From assembly GCA_951406725.2 (NCBI GenBank), contig OX597827.1, positions 32,116,001 through 32,180,000 on the forward strand: a DNA stretch of 64,000 nt, in the 5' to 3' direction. Source of the DNA: Octopus vulgaris (Eukaryota). The position numbers and the translations under genes are program-made. Positions 38,289 to 51,686 of the stretch are shown here, piece after piece. Position 1 is the first letter of the stretch, and the number at the start of each line of letters is the position of its first letter. The notes under the pieces were generated by a model. It was given only the letters and a program-made list of their open reading frames with translations, was not told the origin of the DNA and did no database searches.

Positions 38289-39261
38289 TGTATGTATGTA
38301 TGTATTTTATATGTATTTATGTATACACATGAATAATGTGCTCACAGGACACCAAGTACACTTTTGAGAAAAATTGACAAAATGTACGGAAATTCTGTGG
38401 AACCAAAATCAATGGCTTAAATTCTGTGAAATCAATCAAGACAACAAAATCAATAACTTTGAAGCATGAACTGAAGATGTTGAGTGAAAAACTTCTTTCT
38501 GTGAAAAAATGCCGGAACGAACCAGCAATGACCACGAATAATTCACAAGCAGTATGTAAGAGGATGAAGGTAAACGACATGATTGTAAAAAGGGCCCCCT
38601 TGAGAGGATACATTTAATCCAGAAACCGAATGTGGGAGGATAAAGAAAAACGATGTGATTTTAAAAGAAAGTCCTTCTGAGAAAGATCATAAATCATTTT
38701 GTTTAAAAGTTGGGAATGAAAGGAAGATTTTTAATCGAAAAGACAGCATCGTGAAAGTTACCTCTGGATGAACTACGATAGAAAAGCTTACATATAAAAT
38801 AAGATTGGAACTTTCACCAAAGTGCTGGGAATGTGAAAGTGCTTGGCGTAGTAGTTAAGGTTTTCAGCACACGATCTGAAGATGGTTAGTTCAATTCCTG
38901 AAACTTGCGGTGCCGTCGTGTTCTTCAGCCAGATTTTCGTTACTTTAACCCAAATTCCGGAAATGGATCTTCCGTTTCACTCTTAGAAAACTGCTTCTTT
39001 GTCGTAGGAAGAATTCCAATACTTAAAAAGAAACATATGTAAAAATAGCCTGTTGATATTGTCGAAATTCCAATGAAAGGGCCTTGGAGCTAGGTTAGAA
39101 ACCGGCTTTTTCTCGATTGGGAAGACATCTTGAAATGAAACTGAATAATGACATACATACATTCATACGTACGTACACATCTACGTACATGCACACATTT
39201 ATACATGTAAAAATATACAGATGTATACACACGTACATACCAGTGAAACAAACCACCTAAT

Positions 39262-39950
39262 AATGGTTTCAAATTTTGGCACAAGGCCAGCAATTTCAGT
39301 GGAGGGGAGGAATCGATTACATCGACCCCAATATTCGACTGGTACTTATTCTATCGACATCGAAAGGATGAACTGCAAAGTCGACCTCGGCCGCATTTGA
39401 TCTCAGAACATAAAGAGGAATGAATGCCGCTAAGCAATTTTCCCAGTATGCTAACGAATCTGCCAGCTCGCCGCCTCATCACATCAGATAATAATCCTCT
39501 CTAGTAAGGGTACATGGCCTGATATTTTTGTGCGGAGGGGACTAAGTGATTACATCGACCCCAGTGTTTCACTGGTACTTAATTTATCGACCCCGAAAGG
39601 ATGAAAGGTAAAGTCAACCTCGGTGGAATTTGTACCCAGAACGTGTGGACAGACGAAATGCTGTCAAGCATTTCGCTCGACGTGCTAACGCTTCTGCCAG
39701 CTCGCCACCTTTTCACACCAGATGATAATCTTTTCTACAATAGGCACAAGGGCAGAAATTTGGAGGGCGGGGATAAGTCGATTATATCGACTCCAGTACT
39801 CGACTGGTACTTATTTTATCGACCCTGAAAGGATGAAAGGTAAAGTCGACCTCGGCGGAATTTGAACTCATAACGTAGCGGCAGACGAAATGCCGCTAAG
39901 CATTTCGCCCGGCGTGCTAACGATTCTGCCAGCTCGATGCCTTATCACAC
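39262..39950 (-). mobile_element. SINE family C, tandem trimer
   Basis: Three successive copies of TCGAC.CCA...CTGGTACTTA...GAAAGGATGAA...GTC.ACCTCGG...GCTAACG..TCTGCCAGCTCG. Confidence 0.85.
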
Positions 39951-40771
39951 CATCACAGTAACAGAAACCAACGACGTGAAAGCCTTGAAAATCTTATTGA
40001 AATCTCACAATTTTTATATATGACTGCCATGTGTCTTTTTTTATTCCTTTATATGGCAAGAACCACATTTCGCTCTGTTGTTGTGTTTAGATAGTTAACA
40101 CATGCAATACATATAAAATATATATATCAAATACGTCATTTTTAAAAGGTCCTAATTGCAAATGGGAATACAGTTGATGTGTTTCTGTTTTTATTTTGTT
40201 TTCTATGTGTGTGCGGATTTTATTGTATTTCTCGTTGTAAACAATGAAAAATTGTTAAAACAGAAATATGGAAACTGACATTTCTCTTATTTTAAATGTT
40301 TTTTTTTGTTTTGTTTTGGTTTACGATTATGTGTAAATGAAATTTTTGGTTTTGTCGTTCTTTCTGTGATTGATGTGACTGTGTTAAGAACGCGCACGCG
40401 TGCGTTTTTTGTGCGGCCATGTTTAAACATGTATTGTGTGGATTAATATAACAACGAATGTATGAATGTGTATGCGTGTGTGTGTGTGTGTCTCATATGA
40501 GTGTGGAGTATATAAGAATGTGCATGGTGTGTGTGTATGTATGTGAGTGCATGTGAGAGTGTGTGGTTTGTGCAAAAAGTTTGTGTGTATATTTATGTGC
40601 GTGTTTATGTGTTGTGTGACACTGAGTGGGAATATATATCTAGCTTTGAGTATGTGCTCTGTGTGTGTATGAATGAGTGTGTAATACGTATAAGAATGCG
40701 TTTGTGGGTATGTGCTTGTATTTGTGTGGTGTAGTAAAATGTATACATACATATATATATATATATATGTA

Positions 40772-40806
<35 letters not shown>

Positions 40807-40960
40807 TTATACATATATGTATGTGTATATCTCTGAGTGGTGTGCATAAGGATGTGTGTGCGTCTATATGCGTTATGGGATCATGTGAGAACGTACATTT
40901 GTCTATGTGTGTGTAGCGTGTATCTGTATGAATGTGTGGTGTGACGTACGTGAGAATTTC

Positions 40961-41017
<57 letters not shown>

Positions 41018-41148
41018 ACAAACGTTTGAGTATGCAATTATTTGCGTATGTTCAATGGGGAACAATCTCTCATAACGTCTCTGTAACCATGCATAAATGA
41101 CGAAGTACATGCACCGCACTACACACACATACCCACGCACACACTCAT

Positions 41149-41186
<38 letters not shown>

Positions 41187-41443
41187 ACACACACACATTA
41201 TATTTGTGGGGGATCACTATACGAAAAAAGTAGATTGGATTGTATTTTACGTCGCTAACTTGTTACTAAATCATGTTACATAGAGTTTCAGCGTTTTGTA
41301 AATTAAAATTGATTGATGTTACTTAGTCGTTTACCTGCCGCTTGCCATAAATTCTGTGGTCGCCCAAGGACAGATGCCTAAACCGTGTTAAAGTATAAAA
41401 AAACAATAGAGAAAAGGAAATAGTCCAAAAATATATATTTATT

Positions 41444-41496
<53 letters not shown>

Positions 41497-41497
<1 letters not shown>

Positions 41498-44470
41498 AAG
41501 CTGGAACTACCACCACATAAGGCCACCACCAAAAGATGCAGGATGGCCACCACAGACACCAACACACACACCGCAAAAATATTTCTACTGAACGTAGGGG
41601 CGCTGCTGCGCGGCAACTGTAAAAGCAAAATCTCATTCCTGAGAGACCTTGTGACATGCAATCAAGCTATATGCATGGCACTCATAGAAACGCATCTTGG
41701 ACCCGATATAGGGGATGCAGAAATACACATACCGCAATATGTTGTCATACGCTCAGATAGAAAAGGGAGGAGCCATGGTGGAGTTGCAATGTACATCCGA
41801 GATGACCTCACGCCCCAGGTCCTGTTGTCATATTCAAACTCAGTGTGTGACACTCAAATTGTACACATAAGACAACTGAATATCATCATATGTACTACAT
41901 ATCGCCCACCGGATGCCCCAAATCACACAGGCACGTTTAAAGACTGCCTAACAAAAATAGGAGAAGTTCTCACCAACCTTGAACCAGTGTATTCTTCATG
42001 GGTGACTTTAACTTCCCCAATGTGGAATGGCCTGGGGGGGGGGCAGATGCTCCCAGGAATGACACACCATCAGCAGGCACAGGCAGAGTCCCTGCTCCAT
42101 CTCACAAATGCCTCTTTCATGGAGCAAATAGTACTGCAACCAACTAGGGCAAATAATATACTGGATCTCTGCTTCACAAACAATATGGATATTATCCATA
42201 ATGTTAAAGTGATGCCGACAATGATCTCGGATCACAACATAATAGAGCTGTCTATGTATGGATCAAAAGACCCCGCAGACACACAGCCTATACGAAGCAT
42301 CCACAATCTCTCCAAATTAAACTTTCATAAAGCAAATTGGAAGTTGATTGAAAAAGAGATCCTCAAACAGGATTGGCCTAAATGTCTCTCCACACCAGAC
42401 ATTGACATGAAACACAAAAGATTCATGTCCATAATACAAGCCATATGTGACAAATATGTCCCAGTGTGCAGGGCCAGCACACGCAAAAACAAAAACAGGA
42501 TCCCTAGAGAAAGGAAGATTCTTATGAGACGACGAACAAGGATTGCGAACCGCCTGAGCAAGCACATCAAAAGTGGTGAGAAGTCTCGACTCGAGAGAAT
42601 GCTAATAGAAATTGAGAAAAGTCTGCATCAGTCTCATAAAAAGGAGAGAACAGATAAAGAAGCTTGGGTAATAGAAAATATAAAGTCAAATCCAAAAGCT
42701 TTCTTTAAGTTTGCCAAAGAGACAGCCACAGTGCACCAGAGAATAGGACCTCTCTTCCAAAAAGATGGCTCTCTCACAGGAAATCCAACGAGGATAAGTG
42801 AAATACTGAATGAACAGTTCCAAAGTGTGTTCACTACACCTCTAGGACACAGGCAAGTAAACAACCCTGAAGAATTCTTTGCCACTTTACCTGCGGCCAA
42901 ATAGGCAAAAATTGAGTACATCAACATTGAAGATGATGATATTACACTGGCCATAGATGAGATTGACATAAACTCAGCTGCTGGACCTGATGGATTTCCA
43001 GCGATCCTTCTCAAATCGTGCAAACGAGCACTTGCAGAACCGCTACAGCTTCTTTTTCAGAGCTTTCGTGCAAGTGGTAAGGTCCCAGTCAAATTGAAAG
43101 AGGGGGGAATATGCCCTATCCATAAGGGAGGAAGCAGAGCAGACGCTAAAAATTATAGGCCTATCTCTCTGACCTCACACATCAGCAAAGTTATTTTCTT
43201 CCTTGAAGAAAATGACTTGCTGACTGACACCCAGCATGGATTTCGACAAGGTAGAAGCTGCCTAACACAGCTCCTGCAACACTATGACTGGGTGTTAAAA
43301 CAGCTACTAAATGGCTCAAATGTGGATGTGATATATATCGATTTTGTAAAAGCCTTTGATAAAGTCGACCATGGTATGATTTGTCACAAACAGCGTGGTC
43401 TCGGCATAGGCGGAAAACTTGAAGAGTGGCTGCACAACTTCCTAAAAGATAGAAGGCAGGCAGTTGTGACCAATGGAGCCACCTCCAAGGAAACACAAAT
43501 AACAAGCGGTGTTCCACAGGGAACCGTCTTGGGGCCACTGCTGTTCATAGTGGTCCTTTCAGACATGCCCTCAGTTGCTAAGATGGCCACCCTTGCTAGT
43601 TATGCAGAGGACACAAAAGTTTCCCACACAATACAAAACCCTGGAAATATTGCACATCTGCAACAAGAAGAATTGTAATCCCTGAGTCAAAATCAGTGCG
43701 TGACCTGGGCATTGACATGAGCAATGATGCATCTTTCCAAGTGCATATTACTAATTTGGTGATAAAATGCAGACGGCTAGCTGGATGGATTCTCCGAACT
43801 TTCAGAACAAGAGAGAAGGAGACACTGATGGTCCTGTGGAAAACTTTCGTCCTCAGCCGCTTGGACTACTGCTTCCAACTATGGTCACCACACAATATAA
43901 AACTAACAGCAGAACTCGAAGCAATTCAAAGAAGCTACACAAAGAAGATCGTCTCAATGCAAAATATCAGCTACTGGGAAAGACTGAAAGCATTAAACCT
44001 CTTCTCCCTAGAGCGAAGGCAGGAGAGATATGCAGTGATATACATCTGGAAAATCCTGGAGGGTCTAGTCCCAAACTTTGGCATTCAAAGTTACCCCAAC
44101 CGCAGAACGGGGCGCCACTGCATGGTGTCAAAGATTTCAACATCACCATCAAAATACAGGACCAGATACTGCAACAGCTTGGGTTTCAGAGGACCACAGT
44201 TCTTTAACATCCTCCCTAAATGCCTGAGAGACTTGCATGGTGTGGATGTGGGTTTCTTTAAAACTAAACTGGATCTCTTCTTGTCGGGGGTCCCAGATGA
44301 ACCTACCTCACGACAGGAGACACAGATGCGGGCAGCGGCATCGAACTCCCTTGTTGACCAAGTGCCACGTATCAGAGGTGGATTCACATACTAGTGTAGC
44401 TCATTCAGCGGTGGTGCCCCAGCATGGCCGCAGCCTTCGGGCTGAAACATTTTATAGGATTTTAAGGATT
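41497..44470 (+). mobile_element. CR1-clade LINE ORF2 (APE endonuclease plus RT), with stops and internal deletions, intact 3' end
   Basis: ETHL, RSDR..GGVA, YRPP, NILDL, SDHN; GPDG, NYRPISLTS, QHGFR.GRSC, KAFDKVDH, SGVPQGTVLGPLLF, YAED, RRQERY..IYIWKIL. Confidence 0.93.
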
Positions 44471-44474
44471 TATT

Positions 44475-44561
<87 letters not shown>

Positions 44562-44562
<1 letters not shown>

Positions 44563-45025
44563 GGGTTGATGCTACTGTAGCTTGTAGCCTTAGGAGGACA
44601 TCTCCAGCTGGCTATTGACACACTTTCTGTGCCCTATCAGTATTCACAAAGGGAAGCCATCCTTCGCGTCTTCGACCTATGATACACACGGACTCGAGTT
44701 TCCGGGTATTGACCCGTCATCAGCGTGTGACAATCAATGGTTGTCGATATCGGTGACTTTTCGTCACTGGAAAAAGGATATATATTTGCAAAGTGAGGCC
44801 TACTTTTCATCGGCAATCAGTGATTGTCACACGCTGGTGACGGGTCAATACCCAGAAACTCGAGTCCGTGTGTATCATAGGTTGAAGACGGGAAGGATGG
44901 TTTCCCTTTGCAAATATTGATAGGGCACAGAAAGTGTGTTAACAGCCAGCTGGAGGAAGAGTCCTTCTGGAGCTACAAGCTACAGTAGCATCCACCCTTA
45001 GGGGTTAGCCACATTTAAGAGGCAA
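44562..45025. mobile_element. Diverged sister of the 24512-25312 HHR element, as an inverted pair in (TA)n
   Basis: Shares the GGGAAGGATG..TTCCCTTTGCAAATA..GA.AGG.CACAGAAAGTGTGT...CTACAGTAGCATCCACCCTTAGGGGTTAGCCA block; HHRs at 44685-44729 (-) and 44828-44872 (+). Confidence 0.85.
44685..44729 (-). ncRNA. Type I hammerhead ribozyme, canonical core
   Basis: Minus strand: CACACG-CTGATGA-CGGGT-caat-ACCCG-GAAA-CTCGAG-TC-CGTGTG. Confidence 0.88.
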
Positions 45026-45160
45026 ATATATATATATATATGTGTGTGTGTGTTTGTGTGTATATATATATGTATGTATATGTATATATATGTATGTATA
45101 TGTATATATAGGTATGTATATATATATGTATGTATGTATATAGATGTATATAGATATATG

Positions 45161-45218
<58 letters not shown>

Positions 45219-45637
45219 CATGTATATATGGATATATATGTATATATATGCATATATCAATAATACAGTGATGATTTCATGTCAGGAACAAAAAGATTAA
45301 TAGCACTGCTATAGAAGTGCTCTATTGAAAGAGACAAATATATCAAACTAAGGTTATAGAACAAACATATATATTACTTTACGTTATTTTTACTTTCTAG
45401 GTGTTGTAATTTTTTTTAAAAAAGATGTATTTTTCTGAATCGCTAAAGGATTAACACTAAACCGTGAAGAACTTTTTTCTCGCACCTTATATGCTTATAT
45501 GCTTGTACAGATGAATTATGTTCCATCTTGAGGGATGTTTATAGATATATTCTATGATTAAATGTTCGAATTATGAAATGTTATGCGGATGACCTTGCAT
45601 TTGTTTGTTCTATAATCTTATTTTGATATATATGTAT

Positions 45638-45671
<34 letters not shown>

Positions 45672-46029
45672 ATATGCATATATATATATGTATATATGTA
45701 TATATATGTATATATATGTATATATGTATATATATGTATATATATGTATATATGTATATATATGTATATATATGTATATATGTGTATACATGTATATATA
45801 TGTATATATATGTATATATATATATATGTATATATGTATATATGTATATATATGTACATATATGTGTATATATATGTATATATGTGTATATATGTGTATA
45901 CTTATATATATATAAAGTTAATCCAAACATGAAAACACAAAGAGAAACACAACAACGCGAGGACATGGGACAAATATAGTATTATTGGACGCTCATATAT
46001 GTATATATATTTATGTGTGTGTGTATGTA

Positions 46030-47845
46030 AGCCATATGCCAGAAATATATCCCGGAGTACAAGGCCAAAACAAATAGTAGCAAGATTCCAAGAGATAGTA
46101 ATATCCTCATGAGACGACGGACGAAGGTTGCAAGGTTGCAAGCGAAACGTTCTGCCTAAAAACAACACTGATAGAGATCGAAAAAAGGCTGCAACATTCC
46201 TATGTGAGGGAGAAAGCAGACAAAGAAGCCTGGGTTATAAAAAAACATTAAATCAAACCCAAAGGCCTTCATTCATTACGCGAAAGAAACAGCCTCAGTG
46301 CACTACAAGATAGGAACCCTTCTCCAAAAGGATGGCTCCCTCACAGACAGTCCAACTAAGATCAGTGAGATACTGAATGACCAGTTCAAAAGTGTCTTTA
46401 CCACCCCGTTGTAACACAGACAAGTGAACGAACCAGTGGGCCCCTTTGCCGCCTCACCTATAACCAGCGAGGCAGTTACAATTGAATACATTGACATTAG
46501 CGAAGAAGATGTACTGCTAGCCATAGATGAAGTGGACACAAACTCAACTGCTGGTCCTGATGGTTTCCCAGCAATCCCCCTCAAATCGTGTAAACATGCC
46601 CTGGCAAAAACCCTCAAGATTCTTTTCCAGAGCTTTCTTACAAACTGCCAAGCAAGCTGAAGGAGGGAATAATATGCCCAATACATGTGTGGTTACATGA
46701 CTTCCTGAAAGATAGGAGTCAGGCAGTAGTGGCTAATGGAGCCACCTCTATGAACACACAAATAGTGAGTGGTGTTCCACAAGGCACTGTCTTGGGACCA
46801 CTGCTTTTTATAGTGGCCCTCTCAGATATGCCCTCAAATGTCCGGATAGCCACTCTGGCAAGCTATGCAGATGATACGAAAGTCTCACAGAAAATACAGA
46901 ACCCCAGCGATGTTGCACACCTGCAGCAGAATTTGGACTCAATTTACAGATGGGCTGAGGATAATAATATGCAGTTTAATGCTGAAAAGTTCCAGGCCCT
47001 GCACTACCAGCATCCAAAACTGAATATTAAACCTACAGGGTACACCGGTCCACAGGGAATTTCAATCCCAGAGCTTAAGTCAGTGAGGGACCTGGGTATC
47101 GACATGAGTGATGATACCTCTTTCCAAGTGCACATTACCAGGATGGCGACAAAGTGCAGACGACTGGCTGGATGGATCCTAAGAACATTCAAAACCAGAG
47201 ATAAGGAAACCATGATGGTCCTCTGGCGGACATTCGTCCTCAGCCGCCTGAATTACTGCTCACAGCTATGGTCACCCACCAGTGTAAAATTAACAGCGGA
47301 CCTTGAAGCAATCCAGAGAAGATTCACAAAGAAGATCGTCTCTTTGCAACAGCTCAGCTACTGGGAAAGGTTGAAACAGCTAAGACTCTACTCCCTGGAG
47401 AGAAGACGGGAGAGCTATGCAGTAATATATATCTGGAAGATCCTGGAAGGAATTGTGCCAAATTTTGGCATTGAAAGCTACACCAATGCCAGAACGGACG
47501 ACACTGCATGGTGCCAAAGATCCCAGCAATGCCATCACGCTTCAGGACCAGCTACTGCAACAGCCTGGGTTTCAAGGGCCCACAGCTTTTTAATATTCTC
47601 CCAAAGAGTCTGAGGAACTTGAACAAAGTAGATGTAGGGGGTTTTAAATCAAAACTGGACCTCTTCCGATCGAGAGTCCCAGATGAACCTACCTCACGCA
47701 AGAAGTGCAACTGAGGGTAGCTATATCAAACTCCATTCTTCATCAAGTGCAACATATTAGAGGAGGCTCTTAGTAATAACAGGGTAGCGCAAAACGGCGG
47801 TGCATCAGCATGGCCGCAGTTCTGCGCTGAAACTTTTAAAAAATA
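46030..47845 (+). mobile_element. CR1-clade LINE, second subfamily, 5'-truncated with an internal deletion near 46685
   Basis: AGPDGFP, SGVPQGTVLGPLLF, SYADDTK, RDLG, YWERLK.L.LYSLERRRE motifs; 3' GGCGGTGCATCAGCATGGCCGCAG. Confidence 0.92.
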
Positions 47846-47847
47846 CT

Positions 47848-47942
<95 letters not shown>

Positions 47943-47957
47943 GTATATATATATATT

Positions 47958-47992
<35 letters not shown>

Positions 47993-48032
47993 GTATACAT
48001 ATTTATATATGTATATATGTATATAAATTCCT

Positions 48033-50005
48033 TTAAAATATTTTAGCCTGAAGGCCGCGGCCATGTTGGGGCACCACCGCTGAATGTGCTACACCAATAT
48101 GGGAAACCACCTCTGATACGTAGCACTTGGTCAACAAGGGAGTTCGATGCCGCTGCCCGCATCTGTGTCTCCTGTCGTGAGGTAGGTTCATCTGGGACCC
48201 CCGACAAGAAGAGATCCAGTTTAGTTTTAAAGAAACCCACATCCACGCCATGCAAGTCTCTCAGACATTTAGGGAGGATGTTAAAGAGCTGTGGTCCTCT
48301 GAAACCCAAGCTGTTGCAGTATGTGGTCATGTATTTTGATGCTGATGTTGAAATCTTTGGCACCATGCAGTGGCGCCCCGTTCTGCAGTTGGGGTAACTT
48401 TGAATGCCAAAGTTTGGGACAAGACCCTCCAGGGTTTTCCAGATGTATATCATCGCATATCTCTCCCGCCTTCGCTCTAGGGAGAAGAGGTTTAATACTT
48501 TCAGTCTTTCTCAGTAGCTGATATTTTGCATTGAGACGATCTTCTTAGTGTAGCTTCTTTGAATTGCTTCGAGTTCTGCTGTTAGTTTTATATTGTGTGG
48601 TGACCATAGTTGGGAGCAGTAGTCCAAGCGGCTGAGGACGAAAGTTTTCCACAGGACCATCAGTGTCTCCTCTCTTGTTCTGAAAGTTCGGAGAATCCAT
48701 CCAGCTAGCCGTCTGCATTTTATCACCAAATTAGTGATATGCACTTGGAAAGATGCATCATTGCCCATGTCAATGGCCAGGTCACGCACTGATTTTGACT
48801 CAGGGATTGCAATTCTTCCCGGGCCAGTGTATCCAGTCTGCATGTCGTTTACCTTTGTGTGCCGGTAGCGCAGGGCCTGGAACTTACCTGCATTAAACTG
48901 CATGTTGTTGTCCTCAGCCCACCTGTATATTGTATCCAACTCCTGTTGCAGATGTGCAATATTTCCAGGGTTTTGTATTGTGTGGGAGACTTTTGTTTCA
49001 TCTGCATAGCTAGCAAGAGTGGCCATCTTAGCAACTGAGGGCATGTCTGAAAGGGCCACTATGAACAGCAGTGGCCCCAAGACAGTGCCCTGTGGAACAT
49101 CGCTTGCTATTTGTGTTTCCTTGGAGGTGGCTCCATTGGTCACAACTGCCTGTCTTCTATCTTTTAGGAAGTTGTGCAGCCACTTTCCGAATTTTCCGCC
49201 TATGCCGAGACCACGCTGTTTGTGACAAATCATACCATGGTCGACTTTATCAAAGGCTTTTGCAAAGTCGAGATATATCACATCCACATTTGAGCCATTT
49301 AGTAGCTGTTTTAACACCCAGTCATAGTGTTGAAGGAGCTGTGTTAGGCAGCTTCTACCTTGTCGAAATCCATGCTGGGTGTCAGTCAGCAAGTCATTTT
49401 CTTCAAGGAACATGATTAGTTTCTTGCGGACTATTCGTTCCATGATTTTGCTGATGTGTGAGGTCAGAGAGATAAGCCTATAATTTTTAGCCTCTGCTCT
49501 GCTTCCTCCCTTATGGATAGGGCATATTACCCCCTCTTTCAATTTGACTAGGAGCTAACCACTTGCATGAAAGCTCTGAAAAAGAAGCTGTAGCTGTTCT
49601 GCAAGTGCTCATTTGCACGATTTGAGAAAGATCGCTGGAAATCCATCAGGTCCAGCAGCTGAGTTTGTGTCAATCTCATCTATGGCGAGTGTGATATCAT
49701 CATCTTCAATGTTGATGTACTCAATTTTTGCCTATTTGGCCGCAGGTAAAGTGGCAAAGAATTCTTCAGGGTTGTTTACTTGCCTGTGTCCTAGAAGTGT
49801 AGTGAACACACTCTGGAACTGTTCATTCAGTATTTCACTTATACTCGTGAGATTTCCTGTGAGAGAGCCATCTTTCTGGAAGAGAGGTCCTATTCTCTGG
49901 TGCACCGTGGCTGTCTCTTTGGCAAACTTCAAGAAAGCTTTAGGGTTTGACTTTATATTTTCTATTACCCAAGCTTCTTTATCTGTCCTCTCCTTTTCAT
50001 GAGAC
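48033..50005 (-). mobile_element. CR1-clade LINE, 5'-truncated, same subfamily as 41497-44470, opposite orientation
   Basis: 343-aa RT ORF 48511-49542 is nearly identical in translation to 43094-44000; same 3' end. Confidence 0.93.
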
Positions 50006-50478
50006 TGATGAGACTGATATATATATATATTTATATATATATATAAACTTACTTGGAGAACAGAAAAGAAACGAAACGACGCGAGAGCGCTCAGTCATGC
50101 AATAAATTAATAAATAAAATACATGCATACATACATATATGTACGTACCTACATCCACATGTATATATACATGCATATATAAATATATATATGTGAGTAC
50201 AGGACACCAGAAATAGACGTAGAACTCGACGAGAAACGAAAACGTAAAAACAAACTTGGAAACGGACTTTTTTTTAAACAACGAAAAAACAGAGTACAAG
50301 ACAGACAATACAAGGAAAATTCCCCTTCATCAGCTGTCCCTAGTTCGACTCCATGCGTGTTTCGAAGGTAAGGACAGAACACGACTCGTCGAACTAGCCC
50401 TTCCTGCGAAAGAATTAAATAAAATTCCTTTGCAGAGGGGTAAAAAGAAGGAAAGAAAAAAATATTTATTTCCCCTTA

Positions 50479-50540
<62 letters not shown>

Positions 50541-50544
<4 letters not shown>

Positions 50545-51194
50545 TAAATATAAGGGTGATCTATTAAAATAGTTTATAGTTTATTACAAGTGGTTAGCAT
50601 ACATAAATAAAAGTCATAAGACAAAATATTTTTAAAAATATAACATTGTATAAAATACTTCTATACATAAAGAGGAAATCATTGACAGGGCTCCTCAGTC
50701 CTTACATATTTTATGCACACTTATACTTTTAAAAATATGTTCTGTCTTATGACATTTATTTATGCATACAAACTACTGGTAATAAATTATTTTTCATTTA
50801 TTACCCTCATATTTACGATAGTAATAGAATTATGAGGCTACATAGGACACACTTTTAAATTTCTTTATTTACTGCGGGACTATGTATTTACGCTCGCGCA
50901 CCAAGTTAGAATCCTTAATGGATAAAACTGTAGCTGTTTTGCGCATGTGTTTTCGGTATGTATTTGCAAATATATAATTTATTCATTGATTAGCGATTCT
51001 GCTGATGAGCTACAGCTTCCAAATTAGTGTGTTTGGTAATTAATAGCAAAATTCGAGTTCAGGATTAACTATATTCATTTTTTTTGTTTGTTCTAATGGC
51101 GTGCCTCATGAATTCTCTTTTTTGTGGTTTGGGCTTTAACTGGCCTTTTTAGCATGTAAGGCGTCTTGTTAATGGTCTTCTCTTTGTATATAAA

Positions 51195-51200
<6 letters not shown>
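50541..51200 (+). mobile_element. Old inverted-repeat element in (TA)n with a degenerate hammerhead (probable PLE end)
   Basis: Degenerate arms 50541-50676 / 50693-50819; 50995-51066 reads GATTCTG-CTGATGA-GCTA...TAGC-AAAA-TTCGAG-TT-CAGGATT. Confidence 0.55.
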
Positions 51201-51249
<49 letters not shown>

Positions 51250-51535
51250 CATATATATTCATATACAAATACATATATATGTATGCGTGTGAGTGTGTGT
51301 ACTTTTTCCTGTCCGAAGCGTCGAAATATCCACTCCCTGCCGGCGAGTACTCCTTTTGACGATTTCATTAAGTAATACAACTCTTACCGACGCAGACCAG
51401 CACTCAACATTTTGGGATTCTGTAAACGTATCTGCATACGTATACATACGCATATACATATATGCATGTACATACATACATACATGTACGAATGAATATG
51501 CATATATATTTGTATAATACATGCTATACATGTAT

Positions 51536-51599
<64 letters not shown>

Positions 51600-51630
51600 A
51601 TATATATATGTTTTCGTATATATATTTATA

Positions 51631-51686
<56 letters not shown>

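Noticed and set aside
38320-38830. Purine-rich coding-like segment
   Set aside because: Possibly a decayed non-LTR ORF fragment, but no diagnostic motif
39060-39115. AATGAAAGGGCC...GGTTAGAAACCGG motif
   Set aside because: The core does not fit CUGANGA or a paired 3:8 variant, and there is no stem I
50320-50410. Minus-strand CGAAAC...CTGATGA with a CTAGTTCGAC/GTCGAACTAG hairpin
   Set aside because: I could not build consistent stems I and II for any hammerhead topology; probably a repeat end related to 20510-20780
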